A DNA stretch of 64,000 nt from Mobula hypostoma (Eukaryota), in contig NC_086098.1 in NCBI RefSeq assembly GCF_963921235.1, positions 3,782,001 through 3,846,000 on the forward strand, given 5' to 3'. Position 1 is the stretch's first letter. Every line of letters starts with the position of its first letter. This document shows, piece after piece, positions 63,291 through 64,000 of this stretch. The notes below the pieces were generated by a model, which did no database searches, had not been told where the DNA came from, and saw only the letters and a list, made by a program, of their open reading frames with translations. Made by a program: the position numbers and the translations under genes.

Positions 63291-63855
63291 TCTCAGAAAG
63301 GGTGTGCTGAAACTGGGAAGGGTTTAAAGGAAGTTCATGAAAATGACTCTAGAATTGAAATGTTTGTCATATGAAGAGCATTTGATGGCTCTGGGTCTGT
63401 ATTCACTACAGTTCAGAAGAAGGAGGGACAACCTCATTGAAACCTATCAATTGGCTAAAGACCTTGGTAGAGTGGATGTTTCTTATGGTGGGAGAGTCTT
63501 ACACCGGAGGATACAGCCTCAGAATAGAGGGGTGTCCTTTTAGAATGGAGATGAGGATTTTCTTTTGCCAGAGTGTGGTGAATCAGTAGAATTCTTTACC
63601 ACATGCAGCTGTGGAGGCCAAGTCGTGATGTACTGTATATTTAAGGCAGAAGTTGATAGGTTCTTGATTAGTCAGGGCAGGAGGAGATACAGGGAGAAGG
63701 CAGAAGGTTGAGGCCAAGAGGAAAATTGGATCAGCCACGATGGGCAAAATCACCTAATTCTGTTCCTATATCATATGGTCTTATTGTCTAATTCATCCAG
63801 TGTGTGTTCAAAGGTTCAAATGTATATTTAATGTCAGAGAAATGTATACAATATA

Positions 63856-64000
63856 CAGTGGTATGCAAAAGTTTGGGCACCCTGGTCAAAATTTCTGTTA
63901 CTGTGAATAGCTAAGCGAGTAAAAGATGACCTGATTTCTAAAAGGCATAAAGTTAAAGATGACACATTTCTTTAGTATTTTAAGCAAGATTACTTTTTTA
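63856..64000. mobile_element. End of a Tc1-like transposon (runs off window)
   Basis: TA|CAGTGGTATGCAAAAGTTTGGGCACCC, a typical Tc1 TIR start. Confidence 0.7.

Noticed and set aside
49714..64000. Next MMS22L exon (expected LEEQLRMYLHCC-like peptide)
   Set aside because: Not found by eye; probably lies beyond the window.

Overview
Repeat-rich vertebrate genomic DNA, most likely from a cartilaginous fish (inferred from the CR1, V-SINE, Penelope and Rex repeat landscape). The only intact host gene is a + strand MMS22L orthologue. Eight internal coding exons (2319-49713) splice into one open frame of about 300 codons, and the gene continues beyond both ends of the window. One of its introns needs a GC donor. 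The introns are full of nested mobile elements: CR1 LINEs, a full-length L1 with TSD plus a truncated second copy, Penelope-like elements, Rex/Babar fragments, an RNase H-bearing LINE fragment, tRNA-derived SINEs, Tc1, Tigger/pogo, hAT and probable Chapaev3 remnants, and minisatellites. The least expected items are three. (1) A decayed, frameshifted UFL1-like exon with intact splice sites lies antisense inside an MMS22L intron. (2) The Penelope termini carry more than ten minimal hammerhead-ribozyme motifs, four with intact cores, three of them on the MMS22L sense strand. (3) Several Penelope insertions are tail-out inverted duplications, two bounded by 15-bp TSDs. All homology calls were made by eye and from memory; no searches were run. 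Boundaries of old repeats are approximate.
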